Shown: piece by piece, positions 36,827-45,835 of the stretch
Layout of the letters: every line of letters starts with the position of its first letter
Position numbering within the stretch: position 1 is the first letter of the stretch
Source of the DNA: an uncultured delta proteobacterium
GTDB lineage: Bacteria; Bdellovibrionota; FAC87; UBA2466
Direction of reading: 5' to 3'
Assembly (NCBI GenBank): GCA_963778115.1
Contig: CAVZSV010000004.1
Span: 32,001 to 96,000 of the forward strand
Length of the DNA: 64,000 nucleotides
Position numbers and translations under genes: made by a program
Notes under the pieces: model-generated
Seen by the model: the letters and a program-made list of their open reading frames with translations, nothing else
What the model was told of the DNA's origin: nothing
The model's database searches: none

Positions 36827-39800
36827 GTGAAATGGGTATTTCACATCCCGCGCATCGCGCTCTTTCTTTGCAGCTTAGTTCTCTTCTTGAGCCCTAAGAG
36901 TCTACATGCGAGTTCCGTTCAAGAATTTGTAGCCCAATCTCAAGCGGTGAGCCGGGAAGCGGAAAACCTTTTCAGGGAAGCGATGAAAAACGAGCTTCCT
37001 CAGAATCGAGAAGGGTTACGACAACGAGCCCAGGCCGGCCAACAAACTATTAAAACTGATCTCGATCCGCGTTTTGCTTCTGCTCTCTCGGACGCCTTAG
37101 CTCAATTCAACTCTCCTTCAAGCGCCTATTTGCAACGATTAAAAGACGAAGTGAAGGCAGACATCGAACTGGTTCGTGGAACCTCGGACGAAAAAGATTC
37201 GCCCCTCATCGAAAAAGGAACTCTCAATTTAGAACAGGCCGATGAAAGCTTTAGACCTCTTATTCAAATGTATTTACGGCTCGCAGAGACCAGGCCCGTA
37301 GAAGATTTACTAGCCCTGCTTCAAGCCTACGCGTCCTTATCGATGGATTATCTCTATTTTAGCCATGTTCAATATACTAACAGTACCAATCAGGTAAGCC
37401 TTCCTTGGGAAGCTTACATGCGAGTCTATAGTGACTCGCAATATGTGCTTAGTATTACTCGGACCTTTTTTCCGGGATTTCCTGATTATTCGTTCGGACA
37501 GATTCCAATGGGAAAAGACAACCCAGCGGTGGAAAAACAGATTCTCCAACCCTTTTTAAATTCGTTTAGCAATGGACAAGGGAATGCGTCGAGCTCCGTA
37601 CAAGCCCGAGTCACCACAATACTCCAGGGGTTTGGTCGCATATCAGGAGCCCTCGAAACCTATCGCGCGATCTTCTTTCCTAGATATGCCGCGGACGGAG
37701 TCCTTCGCCATTTTTCTATCTCGATGTATTCCACTCCGGGAGTGGCCGAGTGCCAACCGCTCGCTAGCGGACATGCGGTCTTAGGCGGAAGCGGCTGTTA
37801 TCGACCGTCCTTGTTTCGAAAATTCATGGATCGCTATACCAGCTTTTACCATCGAATCGCCGACTTTGGAGCAGTCGAACTCTTGCAAGGTTTCATCTCG
37901 GAGTATTTGCGTGGGGAATATGGGAATCTTAAGACCGAGCCCGATGCCGCATGGAGTATTTTAGAATCCAAGATTACCAAGCTGGGTATTGGAAATGCCA
38001 TTCCGCAGCTCCAACAGAGATGGCCCGTGGTGACCGAAATTCTTTTCAAAGATGACCGTCTGAAAAAGATGTTAGAGAGCCAAGCCTCAGGGCTAGAAAT
38101 CTTTAAGTTTTTGAAAGACACCCTCCTATCGCAGGGAGTCGGTGTTCGCCAAGAGATGAATCGGCTAGTCGAAGCGGGTTTCCATACAGAATTTACTCCT
38201 GACGTAAAAGCGATGGAGGAGCTTCAAGAAGCGTTTCAAGTAAATGTCATGCAGCCCTTAATGGAAAAAAGCATTTTTAAGGATAATCCCAAGGTCACTG
38301 ATCGTTTTGAAGAAAAGATTGCGCAGATCCAAAAGAACTATCCTGGAGCGAAATTGTCCTTTAGCGCTAAAGAAAGGCTAAAGGAAGATTCCGTTCTCGA
38401 GATGATGGAAGGTAAGCTCACGCAGTTTATGGCCATGGATTCGTGGTGTCCCTTCTTTAATGACACCTCAAAGACCCCTGGCCAGAAAGCCTCCGAAAGC
38501 CCTTGGGTGATCAACCCTACTTCGATGAGCACGGAAAAGATGCCTACTTCCACCAATGGCGCCAATGGGATTCAGCAAATTGTGCCTTATTACAAAGCCA
38601 GTTTCGCCAATGCGTACACGATTCAAAACTCTGATCGCCCGGAAAAAATGTTTGCCGGCATCGCGGTAAAAACTTCTCTGGGGCTTATCATTCCCAATGT
38701 CGTTCAAGCTCGAATGCTGATGGCCGATTTCCTTGGAGAGGACAAAGGAAGCAAACCCTCCGACTATGGCGTCGAAAATACCGACGATGAAGTCAGAGAT
38801 AGCCTTATGGATGTCGCTAACCAACAGTATCATTTTTACGACTATCCGGTACTAGTTCAACTGAGCAAACAGGCCTTTCGTGACATGATCCATCGCTACG
38901 GGATGCGTAAACTTCGTGAACAAATGGACGAGCAAAACATTACTGACAGCGACGAAGTCGCCAAGCGCGCCGCTCTTTACGAGAAAAACTTTTCAACGAA
39001 CTTCCCCAAAATTCGAGACCAGTTTGGCCAACAATTTCGACAAGAGATGAAAGGGGCTGCCATTGTCTTGCGAAAGTGGCAGAAGCGAATCGATGAACTT
39101 AAGGAAAACGGCTACACAACCGGCTCCCCTTCCCTCATGGACGATCTGCTGGCGGGTAAAGCCTCTCCCCAAGAAATCCAACAGCGTAAACAAGGGCTCG
39201 GCGCCGGAGTTGAAAATTCTTTAAATAAAAGTTTCGCTGAAGACATAGGAATTCTGAAACGAACCGCAGATCTTAGTGAGCAGCCAGAGTTTAAAGGAAA
39301 AGAGGATCCGGTCACGCTAGAAAAAATTTATAACCTCGCTTCAAAGATGCCCCCTTCTCGCCGGGAATTGACTCGTGAGGAGTTTACCGAACAGTTTCGT
39401 CGTTATGGAAAGCGCATGGTACCGGATACGTTTTACCAGGACCTTATGGGATTTCCGTATGGGGAACACACTTTCCAGCCCAGCGATCTTACAAGAATCT
39501 ACGAGCTAGCCAGTAATAACTATCACCGACGACTCGAGTATATGGAATATGGGAGAGACCTATTGCTCTTTCGGTTTCCTGCATTGAAATTAAATGATGC
39601 GTATCTCACCTATAACGGCAGCGAGAGCCAGTACCGCAAAGTAATGACCGCCTATCTCCAGAATGGAGTTAGCGAAGCCAATAGGTGGTGGACGCTGGGT
39701 GCTACAACGTGGACCGACAAAGGAAAGGAATTTTTTGTTCCCGTTGGCGAGGACCTAAGGCAAGCCCGTAAGATTATCGCCGAAGTGATTCCCAATGTGC

Positions 39801-41032
39801 CGCTTCTAGATCTGATTCTTCGGATGTATCCCGATCAGAAAGCGTTTGTCTGTTCCAAGCAATTGCAAAATCAACAGAGCGAAGACTCGTATAACAAGTG
39901 GAAAAATTATAGCCGGTGGGGTGGAGGTTCGGTAGCTTTTGTGGGTTCCCTCGGCATGATGATGGCAGTTCCCTTTGCTCCCGCCGCAGTAGCTGTCGGG
40001 GCAGGTGTGGTCGCCGTTGCCGCGGTGACTTCCACGTACCAGGCCATGGTAAGGGCCTCCGAAGTGGATGCCGCTCGCCACTGGGAAATTGCGGCTTCAG
40101 GGCAGATGGGATTTTCAGAAGAAAGCAGAAATTTAGACTACATCCGAGAGATGCAGAAGAAATCGGATCGTGCGTACTGGGTGGCAGCTGGAGATATCGC
40201 TCTCACCGCGGCATCGGCCTTACCCTTGCTACCCACTCTGGGCAGATTTGCCGTTACCGTGGGTCGCGGAGCATGGGCTTCAGGTCCATTGGAAAGTATG
40301 AGATATACCGTACGAGTTCCGCTGCGCTTGTTCACCAATATCAGCACTGCCACAAATCGAGCGGCACAGCCTTTAGTAGATGCTGGAATTTTGGCGGAGC
40401 AAACCCAACCTTTCCTAACTCGATTTTGGAACGCGGCATTTCCTTTTGTCACTGACGCCGCGGGTCCTCTGGGTCTGGTCGAAAGACCGGCTCATTTAGC
40501 GGCATTTGGGCTAATCGAATATAACAATCTGCTATTGGGTTGGGCTGGTTTGACCTTAGCCAATACGGGCCGAGGGATGGCGGCGGGCTTTCTTTTTGGC
40601 GCCACTACTTTAACGCCCGTTGGACTTTATATCTTTTCCTCCATTCAGGAAAATGCCACCGTGGCGGCGATGAGCCGCATCCGCGAGAACCCCGAATATA
40701 ATTCCGACCTCATTCAACTCATGAACGGGGGCTATATTCGCCACTCCGAACTTCGCGGCATTATGGAAACCGATGCGAAACTTATAGAAACCCTAAAGAG
40801 CAGCCTTGCGGAAGAGGTCGAAAGAACGAAGCAGTTTTTGGAGCAAAATAGCGAAAATCCCAAAGCTTCCGCTGACTACGCGGCGGCCCTTCGTCAGTAT
40901 GCTCCGAAATTGGATGCGGCTTTGCAGGCTATGGAAGAGAAAAAAGAGATCAATACGCCGGATTATATAGTATTAAAGCGACGTCAGGTTGAGGCAAAGC
41001 TCTTGATAAGAAGCCTAGAGGACTCTAAATGA
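36827..41032 (+). CDS. Large (1401 aa) secreted hypothetical protein with C-terminal hydrophobic helices
   Basis: Signal peptide ..LFLCSLVLFLSPKSLHA; Gly/Ala-rich hydrophobic hairpin GGGSVAFVGSLGMMMAVPFAPAAVAVGAGVVAVAAV. Confidence 0.88.
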   Translation: MKWVFHIPRIALFLCSLVLFLSPKSLHASSVQEFVAQSQAVSREAENLFREAMKNELPQNREGLRQRAQAGQQTIKTDLDPRFASALSDALAQFNSPSSAYLQRLKDEVKADIELVRGTSDEKDSPLIEKGTLNLEQADESFRPLIQMYLRLAETRPVEDLLALLQAYASLSMDYLYFSHVQYTNSTNQVSLPWEAYMRVYSDSQYVLSITRTFFPGFPDYSFGQIPMGKDNPAVEKQILQPFLNSFSNGQGNASSSVQARVTTILQGFGRISGALETYRAIFFPRYAADGVLRHFSISMYSTPGVAECQPLASGHAVLGGSGCYRPSLFRKFMDRYTSFYHRIADFGAVELLQGFISEYLRGEYGNLKTEPDAAWSILESKITKLGIGNAIPQLQQRWPVVTEILFKDDRLKKMLESQASGLEIFKFLKDTLLSQGVGVRQEMNRLVEAGFHTEFTPDVKAMEELQEAFQVNVMQPLMEKSIFKDNPKVTDRFEEKIAQIQKNYPGAKLSFSAKERLKEDSVLEMMEGKLTQFMAMDSWCPFFNDTSKTPGQKASESPWVINPTSMSTEKMPTSTNGANGIQQIVPYYKASFANAYTIQNSDRPEKMFAGIAVKTSLGLIIPNVVQARMLMADFLGEDKGSKPSDYGVENTDDEVRDSLMDVANQQYHFYDYPVLVQLSKQAFRDMIHRYGMRKLREQMDEQNITDSDEVAKRAALYEKNFSTNFPKIRDQFGQQFRQEMKGAAIVLRKWQKRIDELKENGYTTGSPSLMDDLLAGKASPQEIQQRKQGLGAGVENSLNKSFAEDIGILKRTADLSEQPEFKGKEDPVTLEKIYNLASKMPPSRRELTREEFTEQFRRYGKRMVPDTFYQDLMGFPYGEHTFQPSDLTRIYELASNNYHRRLEYMEYGRDLLLFRFPALKLNDAYLTYNGSESQYRKVMTAYLQNGVSEANRWWTLGATTWTDKGKEFFVPVGEDLRQARKIIAEVIPNVPLLDLILRMYPDQKAFVCSKQLQNQQSEDSYNKWKNYSRWGGGSVAFVGSLGMMMAVPFAPAAVAVGAGVVAVAAVTSTYQAMVRASEVDAARHWEIAASGQMGFSEESRNLDYIREMQKKSDRAYWVAAGDIALTAASALPLLPTLGRFAVTVGRGAWASGPLESMRYTVRVPLRLFTNISTATNRAAQPLVDAGILAEQTQPFLTRFWNAAFPFVTDAAGPLGLVERPAHLAAFGLIEYNNLLLGWAGLTLANTGRGMAAGFLFGATTLTPVGLYIFSSIQENATVAAMSRIRENPEYNSDLIQLMNGGYIRHSELRGIMETDAKLIETLKSSLAEEVERTKQFLEQNSENPKASADYAAALRQYAPKLDAALQAMEEKKEINTPDYIVLKRRQVEAKLLIRSLEDSK

Positions 41033-41084
41033 TGCGTCTCGATGACGCTTCTTGAGAAGGATGATTTTTTTTTGGAGGTAAAGC

Positions 41085-42188
41085 ATGCAGTGGTCTATTA
41101 GTGGAATCGCTCGTAAGAGCTTGGCAGCTATCGTTACTTTGGGAGTCCTTGCGGGATGCGTGAGTCAGCCGACTCGGATACCGCCTCAGCGAACAGTATT
41201 CACCATCCTTCATGAATCCAATCGCCAAGGGGTTGTCGAGCCGTGCGGATGCGAAGGCAATCCTTTCGGGGGGATTGACCGAGAAAAAAATGCGGTGGAC
41301 CTCTTTAGAAAGGAAGGCAACGCGCTTTTCTATGTGGATTCCGGCAACGCCTTTTTTGCCAAGAGTGCTAAGGCGTCGCAGGTTCGCTCACTTCACAAAG
41401 CAAAGGACTTGGTGGGGATACTGAATCTAATCGGGCTTGATGTGGTATCCCCGGGACCGTTCGATTATGCGGCTGGAATCGATTCGCTTCAAAAGCTCTC
41501 GAAAGAAGCCCAATTTCCGTTTGTGAGTACCAACGTACTAGACAATTCCGGAAAAACCGCATTCGCCCCCTATGCCCTAATCGAGAAAAAAGGGCTTATT
41601 ATCGCGTTTGTTTCGGCAACTCCTTCGGTTTCGGAGAAAACCGGATATGTCGCAAAGCCTGTGGATAGTGTTCTTCCTCAAACGATCCAAGAGCTCAGAA
41701 AGAAGAGTGACGTCGTAGTGCTCCTTTCTCAGATGGGAATCGATCAGGACGAGAAATTAGCTAAAGCTTTGGACGTCGACATCATTGTGGGTGCCGATCT
41801 TTCGCACTCAAGCAACACGGCATTCTCCCTTCAGCATGGAAAGACGTTACTAGTCGACACCTCTTCTTATGGATATCGATTGGGAAAATTGGATGTTGAT
41901 TTAAGACTTCCCTTTCAAGGATTTTCCTCGCCCAAGGCTATCGAGCAGAATCTCGCCATTATCCAAGGAGCGGAAAAGATAGCTAGAGCGAATCCGAAAG
42001 ATAAGAGCAAACAAGAATACGTGGCCGATCTCAAAGCGAAGTTTCAGATAGTCGCCATCCCCGGGGGCTCCGATTATCAACATGGTTTGATTGCTCTTGA
42101 TAAGAAACGTTTTGGAACGCCAAACGAAATCTCCAAGCTCATTCAACAGAGCAAGAAACAGACTCGATTGCGTTCGCTTAGCGAATAA
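41085..42188 (+). CDS. UshA-like (5'-nucleotidase/metallophosphoesterase-fold) lipoprotein with CxC motif
   Basis: Lipobox LAGC; GVVEPCGC...GG, VDSGN, FPFVSTNV, DVVVLLSQMG, DIIVG; N-terminal domain only. Confidence 0.8.
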   Translation: MQWSISGIARKSLAAIVTLGVLAGCVSQPTRIPPQRTVFTILHESNRQGVVEPCGCEGNPFGGIDREKNAVDLFRKEGNALFYVDSGNAFFAKSAKASQVRSLHKAKDLVGILNLIGLDVVSPGPFDYAAGIDSLQKLSKEAQFPFVSTNVLDNSGKTAFAPYALIEKKGLIIAFVSATPSVSEKTGYVAKPVDSVLPQTIQELRKKSDVVVLLSQMGIDQDEKLAKALDVDIIVGADLSHSSNTAFSLQHGKTLLVDTSSYGYRLGKLDVDLRLPFQGFSSPKAIEQNLAIIQGAEKIARANPKDKSKQEYVADLKAKFQIVAIPGGSDYQHGLIALDKKRFGTPNEISKLIQQSKKQTRLRSLSE

Positions 42189-42196
42189 AAATCCCC

Positions 42197-42225
42197 TACA
42201 GAAAGGTAGGCCGTACCTTCTTGTA
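42197..42225 (+). repeat. REP-like 29-bp imperfect palindrome, copy 1
   Basis: TACAGAAAGGTAGGCCGTACCTTCTTGTA; near-identical copies at 61607-61635 (inverted) and 61640-61668. Confidence 0.8.
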
Positions 42226-42437
42226 TCCGCCGGCTCGAAGACTTTGTCGAGCCGGTGGATGTGTTTAGCTGTCTAAAAAACCAGGAATTCTGCAAGGCTA
42301 CTTTACAATTTGAAGGCAGGAAGTGTCACGGGCAAGCTATTGAATTTTATACTGTTATTTTGTATGCCGAATTGTGTGCGGCTAATGGTGTGACATTATC
42401 GTTCGGTATTAGGCCTGAAGACTAGGCATTAGTCTGC

Positions 42438-42453
42438 TGGCACCACCGTTGCA
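42438..42453 (+). promoter_or_regulatory. Sigma-54 (-24/-12) promoter
   Basis: TGGCAC-CACCG-TTGCA, an exact match to TGGCAC-N5-TTGCW. Confidence 0.8.
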
Positions 42454-42463
42454 ACCTTTCCCT

Positions 42464-42692
42464 CCCGTGACTGGCAAATCTGGATGTTAAAGTGAACCGT
42501 TGGCGGTTGTCGTTAAGCTCAGGCTTTCGGCGGAACGTTCTTTGTGGTTGTGGATTTTCAATGTGGAATTTGAGTTTTGATTTGCCTCGTCCCCTACCCC
42601 CCAAGCTCTCGTAGAGAGCTAGGCAGTTTAAGGCCTGGTGAGGTGGTCCGAATATTTTTCAGCCATCTCACTGGGCTACTGTCTATTTTTTT
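42464..42692 (+). ncRNA. Candidate sigma-54-dependent small RNA (~230 nt)
   Basis: Sigma-54 promoter upstream; no credible ORF or RBS; GGCAAATC/GATTTGCC closing stem, C-rich tract, AGCTCTC-GTA-GAGAGCT hairpin, long terminal hairpin plus T7. Confidence 0.6.
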
Positions 42693-42721
42693 GATCTGTC
42701 TATTGGTTTTTGAGGCGCCTT

Positions 42722-43579
42722 CTATGGGCCGCCGCCGGAGAATTTTTCGGGTATACTGGCACGTATGTACTTCTCGACTTCGGTGGCGGTCTCTTCCAAT
42801 GCTTTTCCTGTGACATCAAACACCGGCCAACGTCGATTCTTCCGGTACAGATCCTTACAGTAACCGATCTCTTCCAATACGTGATCCATGCTAGCGTAAG
42901 ATCCAGTAGGGTCTTCTCCCATCTTAAGCAGCCTCTCACGACGTATCCCCACCAAAGTCGGAGCATCGATGATAAGGCCGATAACCTTTCTCTGGTCAGT
43001 CTCAAATAACTTCTCAGGCAGCGCAATCCCCGATACCACGGGAACATTCGCCACTTTCCAGCCCTTATAAGAGAGATAAACGCTAAGAGGCGTCTTGCTG
43101 GTTCGCGAGAGCCCCACCAGAATAATGTCGGCCATCTCTAAATTGTCGGCATATCTGCCATCGTCGTGTTTCACCGTAAACTCGATGGCTTCAATTCGCT
43201 TAAAGTAATATTCATTCACTTGATGAAAGAGGCCGGGTGTGGAATTGGGATCTTTCTTGAGAAACTGCGAAAGAATTCCCAGCAACGGGCCTAAAAGATC
43301 CACCGAAGGGACATTGGCGCGCTCCGAGAGATCTTTGATAAAGACTCGAAGATTATCGGAGACCACCGTATAGATCACAACACCCTTAACCTGGTGTGCT
43401 TCTTCAAAAATGCTTGAGACCTGGGCTTCGTTACGAATGTTCTTATACCGTACGATCTTAAGATGATCTCTGCGATATTGGACAAGCGCAGCTTTGATCA
43501 TCTGATCGGCGGTCTCTCCTGTTCCATCCGACAAAACAAAGATGGTAAGAGGTGATTCGGTTTCGGCATTCGTAGTCAT
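42722..43579 (-). CDS. Pyruvate phosphate dikinase/PEP synthase regulatory protein (kinase/pyrophosphorylase, DUF299)
   Basis: IFVLSDGTGETA, YFKRIEAIEFTVKHDDG, ILVGLSRTSKTPLS.YL, DVTGKALEETA. Confidence 0.95.
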   Translation of the reverse strand: MTTNAETESPLTIFVLSDGTGETADQMIKAALVQYRRDHLKIVRYKNIRNEAQVSSIFEEAHQVKGVVIYTVVSDNLRVFIKDLSERANVPSVDLLGPLLGILSQFLKKDPNSTPGLFHQVNEYYFKRIEAIEFTVKHDDGRYADNLEMADIILVGLSRTSKTPLSVYLSYKGWKVANVPVVSGIALPEKLFETDQRKVIGLIIDAPTLVGIRRERLLKMGEDPTGSYASMDHVLEEIGYCKDLYRKNRRWPVFDVTGKALEETATEVEKYIRASIPEKFSGGGP

Positions 43580-44910
43580 ACGTTGCTCCCTTTAGGAACA
43601 CTCTGGACGAGGCCTGTAACTCCGTTCCGGTCACGATCGGTGAGCCTAAGCCAGTTGGCATCCGCGCGCATGATCCGAATTTTAAATCGCGCCCCTTCCT
43701 CGAGGTACTCTTTTTCCAAAACCTTGGAATATTCATGAATTTGAGACTGAAGCCACGTGTCTTGGTACGACACCATGATCTCAAGCTCCAACATATCGCG
43801 CTCGAAAAAATTATAAATGGTGTCTCTAAGCCGCTTCATATCTTCGGGCTTATTCGCCGAGACCACCAGGCTATCGACATGGCTTCGCTCTAACAAACGG
43901 GGAAGATAGAACTCCTTCACCAGGTCGGATTTATTGAATACCAGCATGACGGGCTTACTCCCCGCCCCGATCTCTTCGAGTACATTCTTAGTGACTTCGA
44001 TCTGATCGGCATAAGTGGGAGAAGAGAGATCAACGACGTGCAATAACAAATCGGCTTCGATGACTTCCCTAAGGGTCGAGCGAAAAGACGCTACTAACCC
44101 GTGGGGCAATTTTTTGATAAATCCAACGGTATCACTCAAAAGAATAGGAGGGCGAGTCTTCGGATCGATAATCCGTACTGTCGAATCCAAAGTCGCAAAT
44201 AGTTTGTCGTCTACCAATACTTCGCCCGTTGTCAGGTTATTCATCACAGTAGATTTTCCGGCATTGGTATAGCCAACAATGGCCACTCGAATAAATCTAT
44301 CTCGGTGAAGACTCTGCACCGCTCTTTCCCGAGAGGAATGCTCTAACTCTTGCTTGAGTCGAGTGATACGAACTCGAATTTGACGTCTATCCAATTCAAT
44401 CTGTTTTTCCCCCAGCCCTCTAAGTCCGATCCCACCCTTTTGGCGTTCAAAGTGAGTCCATCGACCGGTCAATCGCGAGCAGAGGTATTCCAATTGCGCC
44501 ATCTCCACCTGACGTTTGGCCTCTTTCGTCCGCGCATGGCGCGAGAAAATATCTAAAATGATGCCCGTGCGATCTACTACTCGACACTTTAGCTCTTTCT
44601 CCAAATTTTTTTGCTGCCCGCCGCTTAACTCGTTGTCAAAAGCGACCAAAGAACAATCGAGCTCTTTTACTTTGGCGGCAATTTCAGAAGCTTTGCCCTT
44701 TCCGATATACATCGCGGGGCTCGGGGTCTCCCGTTTTTGAATGAAGTGGCCCATAACGTGCCCACCTAGAGTGTCAATGAGCCGTTCTAGCTCTTCGAGC
44801 GAACTATCGATCTCCTCTTCAGTGTCGTTTTTTAGAACCACCCCTACCATAAGGACCCGTTCGGTTTCATCGGGCAGTGTCGGCTCATTGAAGTTACGAT
44901 TCAAGATCAT
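43576..44910 (-). CDS. hflX: GTPase HflX
   Basis: DRTGIILDIF, GYTNAGKST, LFATLD, DTVGFI, FNKSD. Confidence 0.97.
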   Translation of the reverse strand: MILNRNFNEPTLPDETERVLMVGVVLKNDTEEEIDSSLEELERLIDTLGGHVMGHFIQKRETPSPAMYIGKGKASEIAAKVKELDCSLVAFDNELSGGQQKNLEKELKCRVVDRTGIILDIFSRHARTKEAKRQVEMAQLEYLCSRLTGRWTHFERQKGGIGLRGLGEKQIELDRRQIRVRITRLKQELEHSSRERAVQSLHRDRFIRVAIVGYTNAGKSTVMNNLTTGEVLVDDKLFATLDSTVRIIDPKTRPPILLSDTVGFIKKLPHGLVASFRSTLREVIEADLLLHVVDLSSPTYADQIEVTKNVLEEIGAGSKPVMLVFNKSDLVKEFYLPRLLERSHVDSLVVSANKPEDMKRLRDTIYNFFERDMLELEIMVSYQDTWLQSQIHEYSKVLEKEYLEEGARFKIRIMRADANWLRLTDRDRNGVTGLVQSVPKGSNV

Positions 44911-44913
44911 GCG

Positions 44914-45339
44914 TCAGCCGTCGCTCGCCACAAGAAGCGTTTCGGGATAGGGATGAGAGGAGAGTTTGGTCAGTTCTTTTTGAAATAGGCCTACCGCTTG
45001 TTTATCTTCACAAAAAAAGATAACACGCTTTAATTTCAGTCCCGTGCAGTTTTGAACGAAACGCTCCCAGTCAGGAGTTCCATTGGACTCCAGGGCTAAG
45101 AATTGAGCTGCGATTTTTTTCATTGTCGGAACGAAAGTGGTGCGTTTGGATCGAAACTCCCCTTGGAGCACATAGCGGGAAAGAACCCCACTCATTCTCC
45201 AGTCCACACACTGCAGCGATTGACTTTCCAAAGGACCCACGGCCCTTCTGCCATGAAAAGAGACCCAGAGGCAGTCACAGCTTTCAGCAAGAAGTCGCTC
45301 GGCCTCTGCACCGGAATATGAGATATGTTCTACTTTCAC
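44914..45339 (-). CDS. Hypothetical protein, M17 peptidase N-terminal-domain-like
   Basis: VDWRMSGVLSR motif and position directly after nusB resemble stand-alone M17-N-like proteins of deltaproteobacteria. Confidence 0.45.
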   Translation of the reverse strand: MKVEHISYSGAEAERLLAESCDCLWVSFHGRRAVGPLESQSLQCVDWRMSGVLSRYVLQGEFRSKRTTFVPTMKKIAAQFLALESNGTPDWERFVQNCTGLKLKRVIFFCEDKQAVGLFQKELTKLSSHPYPETLLVASDG

Positions 45340-45406
45340 GCTTAGAAGAGTCTATCCCAAAAGGACAAAGGAGACAAAGTCTCCCAGGTCTGTTGGATTA
45401 CGGGTT

Positions 45407-45835
45407 CTACGGGGCTTTACCGGGCCGATCGAGACCCGCTTTTAGCCTGTCTAGGATTCCGTTGATGAAAGAGGCGCTGTTTTCCGAGCCGAAATGCTTA
45501 GCCACTTCAATCATTTCATTAATGGACACGGTGGAGGGGATATCGTCACAATAGTAGAGCTCAAAAGCACCCAGCCTTAAGATGTTTCTATCGACTACTG
45601 CCATGCGTTCGGTTCGCCAGTGCTCGGAAGTCTTTTCCACCAACTGATCTAGAGCCGCTAAATTTTCAGCAACTCCAATCACCAGCCGCTGCGTAAACTC
45701 GTCGGTCGAATTGTCCTTGGCGAAGTGATCGGTAAAATGAGTCAAAGCGTGCGAAGGAGTCAGTCCTTGGTTTACGTCTAACTGGTAGAGGATCTGAAGT
45801 GCGTCTTCACGTGCTTTACGCCGATTACCTTTCAT
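45407..45835 (-). CDS. nusB: Transcription antitermination factor NusB
   Basis: [34 protein letters not shown]...FINGILD. Confidence 0.97.
   Translation of the reverse strand: MKGNRRKAREDALQILYQLDVNQGLTPSHALTHFTDHFAKDNSTDEFTQRLVIGVAENLAALDQLVEKTSEHWRTERMAVVDRNILRLGAFELYYCDDIPSTVSINEMIEVAKHFGSENSASFINGILDRLKAGLDRPGKAP

Noticed and set aside
19660..41032. Island as a prophage or integrative element
   Set aside because: No integrase, transposase, phage structural genes, tRNA target or flanking direct repeats recognised
41239..41255. Selenocysteine recoding in the UshA-like CxC motif
   Set aside because: Both codons are TGC; there is no in-frame TGA
42577..42813. 78-aa TTG ORF downstream of the sigma-54 promoter
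   Set aside because: No RBS, runs through a terminator hairpin and overlaps the PSRP gene antisense
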